Shown: piece after piece, positions 30,805 through 41,691 of the stretch
Numbering within the stretch: the stretch's first letter is position 1
Layout of the letters: the number at the start of each line of letters is the position of its first letter
Assembly (NCBI GenBank): GCA_016839705.1
Contig: JAEOTR010000046.1
Span: forward strand, 41,770-105,769
DNA length: 64,000 nt
From: Promethearchaeota archaeon
Lineage (GTDB): Archaea > Asgardarchaeota > Lokiarchaeia > Sigyniarchaeales > SOKP01
Direction: 5' to 3'
The notes under the pieces: model-generated
Told to the model about the DNA's origin: nothing
Database searches by the model: none
What the model saw: only the letters and a program-made list of their open reading frames with translations
Program-made: the position numbers and the translations under genes

Positions 30805-32697
30805 ATGAAAAAATCCTATATTTTAATGACTTTTTCAATATTAGTTTCTTTCTCAGCAATAGTTACCTCAAATTTTCCAATGCCTTATAAAAATAATATT
30901 AATTTCAACCATACTTTTGATACAAACGAAATAGGAATATCAGAAGAACCACCTCTTATTATCGGAGTAAGATCTTATTCTAATGAAATTGATCCTCACT
31001 ACTGTTGGGATCCCTATTCATCTAATATTATCGAACAAGCTTGTGAGGGGCTTTTTACTCATAATTACTCAGATGCATCCTCTAATATAATACCTAACCT
31101 TGCATCTGATTATGGAACTTGGTCTACTGATGGTTTAAATTATACTGTCTCAGTTCGTCAAAATATTACTTTCCATGACGGTACACCTTTTAATGCATCA
31201 GCGATTCAATGGAATTATAATAGATTATCTTATTTTATGAATATTACAGGTTTAGTACCCTTTTATGAACCAACATCACAATTTACGGTGGTTTACTTAT
31301 GGTCAGATAATACTCCTATCATTAATAGAACTGAGATAATTGATCCTTTCACCATCAAATATGTGTTGAATAAACCATATGCGGCACTTGAAGGTTTATT
31401 ATGCTTTAGTGGCTCTTTTATGTTATCTCCTACATCTACGGATCCAGTTAATTTAATTGAACTTGACACTGGTGGTTTGGTTGGTACCGGTCCCTATGTT
31501 TATGAGAGTTATATTGTGGATACAGAAGTGACTTTCCAAGCTTATGACAATTATTGGAAAGCGCAACCTGAAATAAATTCATTAATCTTTGCCATTTACC
31601 ATGATCCCTTAGATTTAAATAATGCTCTTTTAAATGGAGATATTGATGTGCTAATGAATCCTTTACCGTCTTTTTTAGATGTTTTGAATGCGTCTCCCAA
31701 TATAAACCTTATAGATCAAGAAGAAAGAAGTTGGACATCATATTACGTCGGAATGAATAATAATCATATTAACCAAACTTTCAGAGAAGCAATCTCATAT
31801 GCAATTGACTATGATTATGTAATCAATACCTTAAAAAATGGTTCAGCAGAAAGACTAAAATCTCCCATTCCAAAAGGAATTCTATATTCTAATTATTCCT
31901 TAAATGTTCCTTATCTAAATCTTTCTCATGCTAGACAAGTAATGAAATCAATGGGATACGGAGTAGGTTTTACAACAGAAATAGAGTGGGAATCAGCAAC
32001 TTTTGCAACTTTTAATTATACATATTTTAATTATAGTTCAGTCTTAAAGTCAATCGCTCCATTATTAATGAACAACCTATCTAAAATTGGAATTCAGATA
32101 GAGGATGCAGCTCTTGATAGTTGGTTTGAATATCTTATGATGTTAGTAAATGAACCACCATGGGACCGAGATATGCTACAATTATTTATGGTTGGATGGG
32201 TTCCAGATTTTAATGATCCCAGTCAACTATTCAATGTGTTATTCAACAACCGGACAAGTTCAAATCTCTTTAATTTTGCTCAATATAATGGTGGATATGG
32301 TGGGTTTGAACCATATGATAAGGATAATGATGTACAACTCCTCATGGAATCCGCTCTTGAAATAACCGATAAAGATGAGAGAAAACAAATTTATATCAAG
32401 ATTCAGAAACTAATGATAGAAAGAGATTTTCCTGTTGCATGGATGTTTACCCCAAAAGTATATATGGCATATAATAATAAATTAGACGGTCTTCAAGAAC
32501 ACACTTTTTGTAATGTCGATGAGGATGATAAAGCTTCTTTAAAAGGAGATATTACATATTTAAAATGGAAGCCTGATCTCATAAGCGGAGGCCCTGGGCC
32601 ATCAATACCGGGTTACTCCCCCATGATATTCAGTATATTTTTCTTAATATATCTCTCAATAATCTTGAGAAAGAATAAAAAAACTAAAAATAGCTAA
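30805..32697 (+). CDS. ABC transporter family-5 (Opp/Dpp) substrate-binding protein with C-terminal IPGY-TM-basic anchor
   Basis: FHDGTPFNA, GTGPY, REAISYAID, GWVPDF; tail IPGY, hydrophobic helix, RKNKK. Confidence 0.88.
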   Translation: MKKSYILMTFSILVSFSAIVTSNFPMPYKNNINFNHTFDTNEIGISEEPPLIIGVRSYSNEIDPHYCWDPYSSNIIEQACEGLFTHNYSDASSNIIPNLASDYGTWSTDGLNYTVSVRQNITFHDGTPFNASAIQWNYNRLSYFMNITGLVPFYEPTSQFTVVYLWSDNTPIINRTEIIDPFTIKYVLNKPYAALEGLLCFSGSFMLSPTSTDPVNLIELDTGGLVGTGPYVYESYIVDTEVTFQAYDNYWKAQPEINSLIFAIYHDPLDLNNALLNGDIDVLMNPLPSFLDVLNASPNINLIDQEERSWTSYYVGMNNNHINQTFREAISYAIDYDYVINTLKNGSAERLKSPIPKGILYSNYSLNVPYLNLSHARQVMKSMGYGVGFTTEIEWESATFATFNYTYFNYSSVLKSIAPLLMNNLSKIGIQIEDAALDSWFEYLMMLVNEPPWDRDMLQLFMVGWVPDFNDPSQLFNVLFNNRTSSNLFNFAQYNGGYGGFEPYDKDNDVQLLMESALEITDKDERKQIYIKIQKLMIERDFPVAWMFTPKVYMAYNNKLDGLQEHTFCNVDEDDKASLKGDITYLKWKPDLISGGPGPSIPGYSPMIFSIFFLIYLSIILRKNKKTKNS

Positions 32698-32743
32698 ATT
32701 TTTTTTTATTTTTATTTAAAAAATCCTTTTTTTTGAAAATCAT

Positions 32744-33286
32744 TTAACCCTTTCCTTCAGTCATCTTTTGGGCAATAAAATCGAAAATATCCTCTACTTT
32801 ATCTCCTGTTTTAGAAGAACATTCAAAATATCCTTTTAATCCAAAAGTCCTAGACAATTCCTCGGCTTCCTCAGAGGGTACAGATCTTTTATCCTCAAGA
32901 TCTATTTTGCCTCCTACCATAATTATAGGGATTTTAACTTCTTCTTCTGATATAAAATATTCGAAAATGGATAACCAATCTCTTATTTGGCCAAGGCTAG
33001 AAAATCGGGTTGTGTCATACATAAATATCCCCCCATCTGCTCCTTTTGCAAAAGCGGGAAGTAGAACTCGGAAACGGTCTTCACCAGCAAAATCCCATAT
33101 TCGAAGGGTTATATATCTACCATCTATATTTAGGTTTTTAACACTGAAATCAGCACCTATCGTCATTTTAATGTCTTCCTCGAATACTCCTGTGGAGAAT
33201 CTTCTGATTAATGTTGTTTTACCTACACCACCATCACCGAAGACGCAAACCTTAAATGCCAGTTTCTGTTCGATTTTCAACACCAA
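32744..33286 (-). CDS. Rab-like small GTPase
   Basis: GDGGVGKT, TIGADF, WDFAGE, GKID, SSK. Confidence 0.92.
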   Translation of the reverse strand: MVLKIEQKLAFKVCVFGDGGVGKTTLIRRFSTGVFEEDIKMTIGADFSVKNLNIDGRYITLRIWDFAGEDRFRVLLPAFAKGADGGIFMYDTTRFSSLGQIRDWLSIFEYFISEEEVKIPIIMVGGKIDLEDKRSVPSEEAEELSRTFGLKGYFECSSKTGDKVEDIFDFIAQKMTEGKG

Positions 33287-33356
33287 ATTTTCAATTAACC
33301 AAATTAAATACTATATGTAAATAATAACTTTTAAATCAAAATAAATTCAATTGTTA

Positions 33357-33788
33357 TTACTTAATAACATCAGTTATAAAACAAGTTTCAATTATTTTAA
33401 TCCCCTCTATCTGAGAGATTTTTTCTTCGATAAGAGGATTAAATTTATCTATTGAAGGGATATCAACTTTCATTAACAATCCACAATCACCAGATAAACG
33501 CCAAATGTTCTTTATTTCTTCAATAGATCTCAAATCCCTTAGAATTCGTTTAATATCTTTAAAATCAGGAACTGCTTTTATTGTAGCACTTATAGATCGC
33601 TTAGTATCTATATCATATTCGATTGTGAAACGCGTTATAAAATCCTCATCTATAAGTCTTTTAACTCGTCTTCTTACAGTAGCTTCAGTTTTATCAATCC
33701 TTTGGCTGATTTCATTAAAGGATATTCTACTGTTGGTTTTTAGTTCTTCTATAATTTTAAGATCTATTAAATCTAATTTTTTTGGCAA
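33357..33788 (-). CDS. Lrp/AsnC family transcriptional regulator
   Basis: LDLIDLKII...NSRIS...TVRRRVKRL HTH followed by a RAM-like domain. Confidence 0.9.
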   Translation of the reverse strand: MPKKLDLIDLKIIEELKTNSRISFNEISQRIDKTEATVRRRVKRLIDEDFITRFTIEYDIDTKRSISATIKAVPDFKDIKRILRDLRSIEEIKNIWRLSGDCGLLMKVDIPSIDKFNPLIEEKISQIEGIKIIETCFITDVIK

Positions 33789-33960
33789 TTTATCACAAAT
33801 CTAGTAAATAATTTCTTAAACCATTTAAATTAGTTATAAATTGTGATAAATTGTTTATTAAATTATTTTTTTGCATCAAAATGATAAGGTTTTTCTGCAA
33901 TTCTATGAAAAAAAATTGATACTTTTTTGTATTTTCATAAAGAGGGAAAAAAGAACAAAA

Positions 33961-34248
33961 TTAAGATTGTAAATATTTCTTGAGATCAATAAATAAAGTT
34001 TTTTCTATTTCATCCTTATGTTTAATTGAGACTTTTAAAAGCTCACCCTCAATTGACGCATTAATTAATTTTATGTCTCCTAAGTTATCAACCTTTTCTT
34101 CGACATCTATTTTACTATTGGATTTTGATTTTAAACATGTGTTATATTCGTCATAGAGAAAACAATTTTCGCAACAAAAACCAACTGGCATATAACCAAC
34201 AATCGAACATCTGTCGAAAAAGTCGCAATTACAATTCTTACACATCAT
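33961..34248 (-). CDS. Small Cys-rich hypothetical protein
   Basis: Eight Cys in the first 40 aa (CxxCxC...C...CCxxC...C). Confidence 0.6.
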   Translation of the reverse strand: MMCKNCNCDFFDRCSIVGYMPVGFCCENCFLYDEYNTCLKSKSNSKIDVEEKVDNLGDIKLINASIEGELLKVSIKHKDEIEKTLFIDLKKYLQS

Positions 34249-34545
34249 GTTAGTATTAGATTTGTTAATATTTAAATCTGAACATTAATTATGGAAAATT
34301 GAACACAATTACTCAAATTATCTATTCAAATTATTAAATTCAATCATTATAATTAAGATATTCAATCAAAATCAAAATTTTGAGAAATTGAATGATGAAT
34401 CATTTATCAAAATGAATAGAATAATCAAGAAAACTTATTGAAGAAGCAATATTAAGATTACACTCGTCTACGCTCAACACTCCCACGAGGCATTCCAAGG
34501 GGTTCAACTGAATATAATAAGTGTTATGTTTTGCTTAATATTAAA

Positions 34546-35436
34546 TCAAATAAGCGCAGACATATCTTTGATCTTTTGGGCGATTTTCATTATTCTCTTG
34601 ACTTTCTCTTTGTCCTCATAATCCAACTTTCCTATTAATTTATTTGCTTTATTAAAGAGTGTATCTTTTTTAATCCACACTTTAAAGGCTAATTTATCGT
34701 CTTTTTGTAAAAAGGCATCCATAACTTCATTGAAATATTGTTGGATTTCTTTGTAATAGTCTAGCACATTCTCAATTAAACGGAGGTCTTTCAATAGTTC
34801 AGCTAGCTCAACTATTTTTTCAGAAAACATACGGTAATCCATTGCTTTAAGAGGAGTAAATTCACTTGTAGACGAAACATATATTCCTGTTCTAAGATAT
34901 GTTCTAATATGAATGACTAATATGAAATAAAATTTTCTTAATTGCTCGAAATTATCATCTAAATCATTGAATGATTTTTGTTCTAAATCCTCAAACATAT
35001 TTGCTACTAAATATAACAAACGCTGGATTAACTTTTTAGTGGGAATTTCTTTATACCCAAAATTTTGAATAATCATTTTTTGGTTAGTTTCTTCGATAAC
35101 CTCGGTGTTTGGGAGTCTATTGACATATTGCCTAACACTTTTTCTTAAAATTTTACTAATTTCTTTTTCAGATAATATGGTAATCTTAGTTTCACCTGCA
35201 AAACTCTTCTTTAATAATTCCCAGATTACATTCTCGTTTGCTTCTAAAACACTCTCATCTTCTATGATCTCGTCTTCTGGTTCAATTGTTGGCATTATTG
35301 ATAAGGTCCCATCATTTCGAACTTCGATGCCAATTGATGAGCCTGCATTTAATTGATAATTTTCAGTCCATTTTTTAGGAAGGCTGATAACTAATGAACC
35401 CCCTATTTTTTGCAATTTTCGATAAATTCTTCCCAT
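34546..35436 (-). CDS. AbrB-PhoU family regulator
   Basis: RKLQKIGGSLVISLPKKW AbrB N-terminus followed by helical PhoU-like repeats. Confidence 0.85.
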   Translation of the reverse strand: MGRIYRKLQKIGGSLVISLPKKWTENYQLNAGSSIGIEVRNDGTLSIMPTIEPEDEIIEDESVLEANENVIWELLKKSFAGETKITILSEKEISKILRKSVRQYVNRLPNTEVIEETNQKMIIQNFGYKEIPTKKLIQRLLYLVANMFEDLEQKSFNDLDDNFEQLRKFYFILVIHIRTYLRTGIYVSSTSEFTPLKAMDYRMFSEKIVELAELLKDLRLIENVLDYYKEIQQYFNEVMDAFLQKDDKLAFKVWIKKDTLFNKANKLIGKLDYEDKEKVKRIMKIAQKIKDMSALI

Positions 35437-35553
35437 AATTATAAAATAAATTAGTACAATTTATACTTTTCTATTCTGTATATATATTTTATACCATCTA
35501 TTTATACATGAATTTATATATTTACATCTTAGAACCCAATTAAAATCAAATTT

Positions 35554-35823
35554 TTGACAATGAATGTAAAAAAAAAAATAGAAGGAAAATTAGGGAGGGA
35601 AAATGACTCAATTGAATTTTGGGAATTATTTATAATTATATTGAAACTAAGTTTCACACGCAGAAAAAAAGACATTGAAGAAGCTAAAAAACAATATGAA
35701 CTATATAAAAATCTAAATCCTAAATACTTTGAAAATGTAATCACATTAAAAGAAGCCAAGCTTAAAGTAGATTCGTCAGATATAATTTATAGTTCTAAAT
35801 ACAATATTTTTAGGTCTTACTAA
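35554..35823 (+). CDS. Doubtful hypothetical ORF, possibly a decayed gene
   Basis: ORF only; another stop-free frame continues to about 36019. Confidence 0.2.
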   Translation: MTMNVKKKIEGKLGRENDSIEFWELFIIILKLSFTRRKKDIEEAKKQYELYKNLNPKYFENVITLKEAKLKVDSSDIIYSSKYNIFRSY

Positions 35824-36139
35824 AATAAAAATAGATAAAGAGAATAATAAATGGCAGAAATATAGCTTAAAATCAGAATATACTAAGAGATATTCGGAAT
35901 CTATTAATAATAATTTATCAAAATTTACGAAAAAACACATTAAAAAATGCAAACTATTAACGAAATCAATCACTTTCAGAGAAAAGATAGACCCAATTAC
36001 GACACAAAAATCTCACTGATAATATATAATCTTCTGAGGGGATTTTAATTTAGGAATATTCTAATAAATTTTTTAACATTTCTTAAATTTGCATAACCAA
36101 TTATAGCAAGTAAATAAAATTATTGATATTTTTGTCAAG

Positions 36140-36637
36140 ATGAGTACAATAAATTACGAATTCAGAAATGAAGTTTTAAAGTATAACGCCTCATTGAGCT
36201 ATTGCTATCAATGTAGCACTTGTAGTGGTGGCTGTCCAGTTGCTTTACTCACAAACGGCAAATATAATCCTAGGAAAATAATTGAAGAAGCAATCTTAGG
36301 ACTGCACGATAAATTAGTTGAAAAACAAGAACCAAATTCATGGTTATGTTCAACGTGTCAAAAGTGTGTAGAATTATGTCCACAAAAAGTTGAACTCACT
36401 GAAATTTTCACCTTGATAAAGAACTTATGCTTCGAAAGTGGAAAAGTACCTGATGCTTTTATAGCGCAAGGTCGGTCGGTGTTAGAAAATGGAGTTGCAA
36501 TTCCTTATTCTAAAGCGATTTTAACCCGTCGTGAAAAATTAGGTCTTCCTGTTATTAAAACGGCTCAGATTGATGAGATTAAAACAATCCTAAAGGAAAC
36601 CGAGTTTGATAACCACATTCCCAAGGAGGTAGAATAA
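36140..36637 (+). CDS. hdrC: Heterodisulfide reductase subunit C
   Basis: CYQCSTCSGGCP, NPRKII, WLCSTCQKCVELCP. Confidence 0.92.
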   Translation: MSTINYEFRNEVLKYNASLSYCYQCSTCSGGCPVALLTNGKYNPRKIIEEAILGLHDKLVEKQEPNSWLCSTCQKCVELCPQKVELTEIFTLIKNLCFESGKVPDAFIAQGRSVLENGVAIPYSKAILTRREKLGLPVIKTAQIDEIKTILKETEFDNHIPKEVE

Positions 36638-36638
36638 C

Positions 36639-37514
36639 ATGGTATACGATCTATTTTTAGGATGTGTAATTCCTGCAAGATTACCTTATTTAGAAACATC
36701 TTCCAGAAAAGTTTTTGAAAAACTTGGTATAAAACTAAATGATGTTGACGGATTTAGTTGCTGTCCAGATCCTACTGGAATTGAACTTATTGATCACAAA
36801 TCTTGGTTAGCTTTAGGTGCGAGAAATTTAAGTTTATGTAATAAAAATGGTGGTGTAATCTCCTTTTGCTCTGGCTGTGTAGAAACATTAAAGGGAGTTA
36901 ATTATGCCATCAACAACGATCCTCATGCAAAAGAAGAAGTAAATAAGGTTTTAAAGAAAGTTGGAAAATCCTACGATGGTAATGTTGATGTAAAGCATTT
37001 TGCTCAAGTGCTTTATGAATATATGGATAAGATTAAAGCTTATATAGAAAAACCGTTAGAAGGATTCAAGGTTGCTGTACATTATGGATGCCACTATTTA
37101 AGACCATCCGAGATAATTAACTGGGATGATCCGTTTGAACCAAAAACCATAGATGAAATCGTTAGAGCACTTGGGGCTGAATCAGTTGAATATGAAATGA
37201 AAATGGAATGTTGCGGGAATCCTGTAGATAAATCTGATAAAGACTTATCATTATTAATGATTGATCAGAAGCTTAATGCTATCCAAAAAGCAGGAGCAAA
37301 TTGTGTTGTAGTTGTGTGCCCTGCGTGCTATCAACAATATGAATTTAACCAGAGAGAATTAAATAAGAAAAATGATTCAACTTATGAATTTCCTATATTT
37401 TACTTGTCAGAATTAGTAGCTTTAGCATTAGGATTTAAACCAGAAGAATTAGGGTTTAATTTTCATAGAATTAGACCAAGCAAATTATTTGAGAGTATTG
37501 ATTTTACTCCTTAA
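36639..37514 (+). CDS. hdrB: Heterodisulfide reductase subunit B
   Basis: Two CCG domains (GC...SCCP...CSGC; HYGCH...CCG...CPAC). Confidence 0.93.
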   Translation: MVYDLFLGCVIPARLPYLETSSRKVFEKLGIKLNDVDGFSCCPDPTGIELIDHKSWLALGARNLSLCNKNGGVISFCSGCVETLKGVNYAINNDPHAKEEVNKVLKKVGKSYDGNVDVKHFAQVLYEYMDKIKAYIEKPLEGFKVAVHYGCHYLRPSEIINWDDPFEPKTIDEIVRALGAESVEYEMKMECCGNPVDKSDKDLSLLMIDQKLNAIQKAGANCVVVVCPACYQQYEFNQRELNKKNDSTYEFPIFYLSELVALALGFKPEELGFNFHRIRPSKLFESIDFTP

Positions 37515-37564
37515 ATTTTTAATGTAACGAATTTAAAAAAAAATAATAAACGATTTGAAATAAT

Positions 37565-38689
37565 ATGACAGAAGTAAAGCCCAAAAAAACGGTATTAAAG
37601 GATGTTAAAATTTTCAAGAATCTTGAAGATGAGATTATCAAAACTAATAAATGCTGCGCATGCGGTGCATGTGTGGCCTATTGTAATTCACAAGGTTTTG
37701 ATGTTATTAAAATGGAGGGATATACTCCTCAATTTATATCTAATGCGAATGTAGATAACTGTAAGGAATGTGGTCTCTGTTATTATATTTGCCCTCAGAC
37801 TTTACCTTTAATGAAAGAAATAAACGAAGAATATCGCATTAAAGATGAACTTGGATATATTCGACTTGTAATCGCAGCGAAAACAACAGATGAGAAAATA
37901 AAAGAAATAGGACAAGATGGGGGGATGGTAACCACTCTCTTGACATATCTTTTTGATAAAAATAAAATAGATGCTGCGCTAATATCTGAATATGATGAGA
38001 AATTAAAACCAATTCCAAAAATCATCTATAACAAAGAAGAATTATTAAAATCTTCTGGAACGCGATATTCCATATCATCGAATATTTTGCCATTGCAGAA
38101 TCTTTATAGCATAGCAGAAGATATAGTAGACAAACACCATCAAATTTATGATATCAATCAGATTCGCATGGCTTTTGTTGGAACTCCCTGTCAATGTAGG
38201 GCCGTGCGAAAAATGCAATTTTTAAATATTAGCCCGAGTCACGTTATTAAATATGTATTTGGCTTATTTTGTATGGAAAATTTTGACTATGAAAAGTTAT
38301 TCCAGTTAGTGAAAAAGGAGACTAATGAAGACCCTTCAAATATAGCCAAGATGAATATTAAAAAGAATTTTTTCATAACTAATAAAGAAAATAAAGTATA
38401 TGAAGTCGAACTGAAGAAGTTTGACGATGCTGTGAGAAATCATTGCCATGAATGTGATGAATTCACAAGTAGATTTGCAGATATAAGCTTTGGGGGTTCC
38501 GGGGCGGTTCAGCAAAATTCAATGGTAGTGATTCGTACAGAAAAAGGTCAAGATTTAATCAGAAATGCAATTATAGCAGGATATATTAATAAATTTACTC
38601 CTAAAAAATCTACAATCGACGAATGGAGAGCTAGTAAAATAGATTTGCTTAAAAGAATGACAAATAATAAAATTAAAAAATCTAAATAG
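37565..38689 (+). CDS. FrhB/FpoF-like F420-binding oxidoreductase subunit with N-terminal ferredoxin
   Basis: 2x4Fe-4S motifs, GQDGGMVT, SGTRY, VGTPCQ, GLFCMENF, CHEC...ADISFG. Confidence 0.85.
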   Translation: MTEVKPKKTVLKDVKIFKNLEDEIIKTNKCCACGACVAYCNSQGFDVIKMEGYTPQFISNANVDNCKECGLCYYICPQTLPLMKEINEEYRIKDELGYIRLVIAAKTTDEKIKEIGQDGGMVTTLLTYLFDKNKIDAALISEYDEKLKPIPKIIYNKEELLKSSGTRYSISSNILPLQNLYSIAEDIVDKHHQIYDINQIRMAFVGTPCQCRAVRKMQFLNISPSHVIKYVFGLFCMENFDYEKLFQLVKKETNEDPSNIAKMNIKKNFFITNKENKVYEVELKKFDDAVRNHCHECDEFTSRFADISFGGSGAVQQNSMVVIRTEKGQDLIRNAIIAGYINKFTPKKSTIDEWRASKIDLLKRMTNNKIKKSK

Positions 38690-40003
38690 GTGAAAAAATT
38701 GGGAGAAGATTCAAAATCAGTTGTTATTATTGGAGCTGGAATAGCTGGTATTCAAGCAGCTTTAGATTTAGGGGATATGGGAATACAGGTACACCTTGTT
38801 GAGAAACAACCATGTATTGGAGGTAGAATGGCTCAATTGGACAAAACCTTCCCTACGCTTGACTGCAGTATATGTATTCTGGCACCGAAGCTTTCTGAAT
38901 GTTATAGACATCCTAACATTACACTCCATACCCTTTCGGAAGTTCAAAAAATAAAAGGGACCGTAGGAGACTTTACTGTTGATGTTTTAAAACATGCAAG
39001 GTATGTGAAGGAGGACGTCTGTACAAATTGTGGTGACTGCGCTGAAATATGTCCAGTTCGAGGAATTACAAATTTCTTTGATGCTGATTTAGCTACTCAA
39101 TCAGCTGCACAAATAGCCTTTCCTGCAGCGGTTCCTGCTGTTTATCGTATTGATCCAAGCAAATGTTTATACTTAAATTATGAGATTTGCGGATTATGTT
39201 ATCAGAACTGTGGTGCGGATGCGATTGATTTCACACAGAAAGATTCACTGCTTAGCTTAGATAATGTTGGAGCAATTATAGTTGCTACCGGTCTGGATTT
39301 AGCAGAAGATATTCATACTTTAAATATCTATGGATATCAAAAATATGATAATGTAATTACAGCAATGGAACTTGAAAGATTAATATGTGCTTCAGGTCCC
39401 CAAGCGGGTCATCTAGCAAGATTAACTGATGGAAAACACCCACATAAAATTGCTTTCCTTCAATGTATAGATTCAAGGTCTTCAAGAGGACAGTTATATT
39501 GTTCATCAATCTGTTGCATGTATACAACAAAAGAAGCTATGATTGCCTATGAACATGATAATGAGTTAGAATCTTATGTCTTTTATATCGATATGAGAGC
39601 TGGAGGTAAAGGTTTTCAAAAGTTTCTGCGAAGGGGAGCTAAAGAATATAATATAAAATATATAAAAAGTAAAATTTCTCATATAGAAGTTGATGAGAGT
39701 GATAATCCTATAATTACGTATGAAGATTATGAAACATCTGAAATAAAACAATTAAAAGTAGATTTAGTGGTGTTAGCAACTTGTATTATCCCATCATTAG
39801 GGATTAATAAATTGGCAGATGTATTAGGTATTGAATTAAATCATTATGACTATGTGAAAACAAATCCATTTTTACCGGTTGAGACAAGTGTAGAAGGAAT
39901 CTATACATGTGGTTGCGCTCGTGAACCAATGGATATTCCTCGCTCTGTTGCTGAAGCTAGTGGAGCAGCAGCACGAGCAGCTGAGGTAATTAAAGGAGGT
40001 TAA
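38690..40003 (+). CDS. hdrA: HdrA-like flavoprotein, N-terminal module of a split large HdrA
   Basis: GAGIAG, LDKTFPTLDC, inserted ferredoxin, QCIDSR, YCSSICC, PMDIP. Confidence 0.85.
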   Translation: MKKLGEDSKSVVIIGAGIAGIQAALDLGDMGIQVHLVEKQPCIGGRMAQLDKTFPTLDCSICILAPKLSECYRHPNITLHTLSEVQKIKGTVGDFTVDVLKHARYVKEDVCTNCGDCAEICPVRGITNFFDADLATQSAAQIAFPAAVPAVYRIDPSKCLYLNYEICGLCYQNCGADAIDFTQKDSLLSLDNVGAIIVATGLDLAEDIHTLNIYGYQKYDNVITAMELERLICASGPQAGHLARLTDGKHPHKIAFLQCIDSRSSRGQLYCSSICCMYTTKEAMIAYEHDNELESYVFYIDMRAGGKGFQKFLRRGAKEYNIKYIKSKISHIEVDESDNPIITYEDYETSEIKQLKVDLVVLATCIIPSLGINKLADVLGIELNHYDYVKTNPFLPVETSVEGIYTCGCAREPMDIPRSVAEASGAAARAAEVIKGG

Positions 40004-40010
40004 GATTAAA

Positions 40011-41690
40011 ATGTCTGAGAAAAAAGAAGAAACTAGAATTGGTGTTTACGTCTGTAGCTGTGGTTCAAATATTGGTGGACTTATAGATGTGAAAGCTCTT
40101 GCAGAATATGCTAAAACCTTACCAGGAGTGGCATTTACCGAGTATAATTTATATACATGCAGCGAAACAGGACTCGCTCAAATAAAAAAGGGTATTAAAG
40201 AACATAATTTAAATCGTGTAGTTGTTGCATCATGCACTCCAAGAACGCATGAACCACTCTTCCGTAATTGCATTGAGGAGGAGGGCGTAAATGAATATTT
40301 ATTTAACTTTGTCAATATCCGCGATCAGTTAACTTGGGTTCATCAAAAATACCCAAAGGAAGCTTTTGAGAAAGCAAAAGACGTAATCCGCATGGGTGTC
40401 GCTAAAGCTGCCAGGTTAAACGCATTAGAAAATATTACCGTTGATGCGACCCCTACCGCAATAGTGATTGGGGGAGGAGTTTCAGGGATGACTGCTGCTC
40501 TTAGTTTAGCAAATCAAGGATTTGAAACATATTTAGTTGAGAGAGAGAAGGAATTAGGAGGAAGAATAAAAACTTTATATAAACTTTTCCCAAATGACCA
40601 AGAGGCACAAGTATTATTAGAAAACCTTAAGAAAAACGTTGAGAATAATAAAAATTTAACAGTATATACCTCAGCGCAGGTAAAAAACATTGAGGGTTTT
40701 GTTGGCAATTTTGAGGTAGAAGTAGAACAAAATGGTAAGAGAATTGATCTAACAATAGGTGTTATTCTTGTTGCTGTTGGAGCCTCTCTTCTTACACCTA
40801 GCGGGATGTTTGGTTATGATGGGAAAACCCGAATTACTCAGCATGAATTAGAAGGTAAATTAAAAAATAATGAAATTAAAGCAAACAACGTTGTAATGAT
40901 ACAATGCGTTGGCTCTCGTAATGAGGAGAGAACATATTGTTCAAATGTGTGTTGTATGACTGCCTTGAAAAACAGCTTAATTATAAAGGAGAATAATCCT
41001 GAGGCAAACGTAACAATCTTATTCAGGGACTTATTTACTCCTGGTACGTATTATGAAGATTATTATAGAAGAGCAAGGGAAGAAGGTATTATTTTTATGG
41101 AATATAACCTTGAGAAAGAACCATTAGTAGAAGAAAATCAAATAAAAGTTTATAATGAATACTTAGGAGAGGAAATGATTATTCCTTATGATCTTCTTGT
41201 GCTCTCAACACCTTTAGTTGCGAATAATGATAATAAAGCGCTTGCCCAAATGTTAAAAGTACCATTAGAAGAAAATCAATTCTTTTTGGAAGCTCATGTA
41301 AAATTACGTCCGATGGACTTTGCTACCGATGGAATTTATATCTGTGGTTCGGCGAAATGGCCTGTAGATATTACTGAGTCTATAACTCAAGGATATGCCG
41401 CAGCATCAAGAGCAAGTACCATAATATCTCATGACACTATTGAAGTAGAAGGTGCAACTTCATTCTTACCAGATTATAATAAAAATCTATGTAGTGGCTG
41501 TGAAGTATGTATAACTGTCTGTCCGTATAAAGCAATAAGGAAGAATGAAGATGATGAGATCGAAATAACTCAAGTACTTTGTAAAGGATGTGGTGTATGT
41601 GGTGCCACTTGCACAAATCATGCGATAATAATTAGACATTTTACAGATGAGCAAATATTATCTGAAATTTATGCATTCGGAGGTAAGTAA
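40011..41690 (+). CDS. hdrA: HdrA-like flavoprotein, C-terminal module of a split large HdrA
   Basis: RIGVYVCSCGSNI, ASCTPRTHE, GGGVSG, QCVGSR, EAHVKLRP, C-terminal ferredoxin. Confidence 0.85.
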   Translation: MSEKKEETRIGVYVCSCGSNIGGLIDVKALAEYAKTLPGVAFTEYNLYTCSETGLAQIKKGIKEHNLNRVVVASCTPRTHEPLFRNCIEEEGVNEYLFNFVNIRDQLTWVHQKYPKEAFEKAKDVIRMGVAKAARLNALENITVDATPTAIVIGGGVSGMTAALSLANQGFETYLVEREKELGGRIKTLYKLFPNDQEAQVLLENLKKNVENNKNLTVYTSAQVKNIEGFVGNFEVEVEQNGKRIDLTIGVILVAVGASLLTPSGMFGYDGKTRITQHELEGKLKNNEIKANNVVMIQCVGSRNEERTYCSNVCCMTALKNSLIIKENNPEANVTILFRDLFTPGTYYEDYYRRAREEGIIFMEYNLEKEPLVEENQIKVYNEYLGEEMIIPYDLLVLSTPLVANNDNKALAQMLKVPLEENQFFLEAHVKLRPMDFATDGIYICGSAKWPVDITESITQGYAAASRASTIISHDTIEVEGATSFLPDYNKNLCSGCEVCITVCPYKAIRKNEDDEIEITQVLCKGCGVCGATCTNHAIIIRHFTDEQILSEIYAFGGK

Positions 41691-41691
41691 G

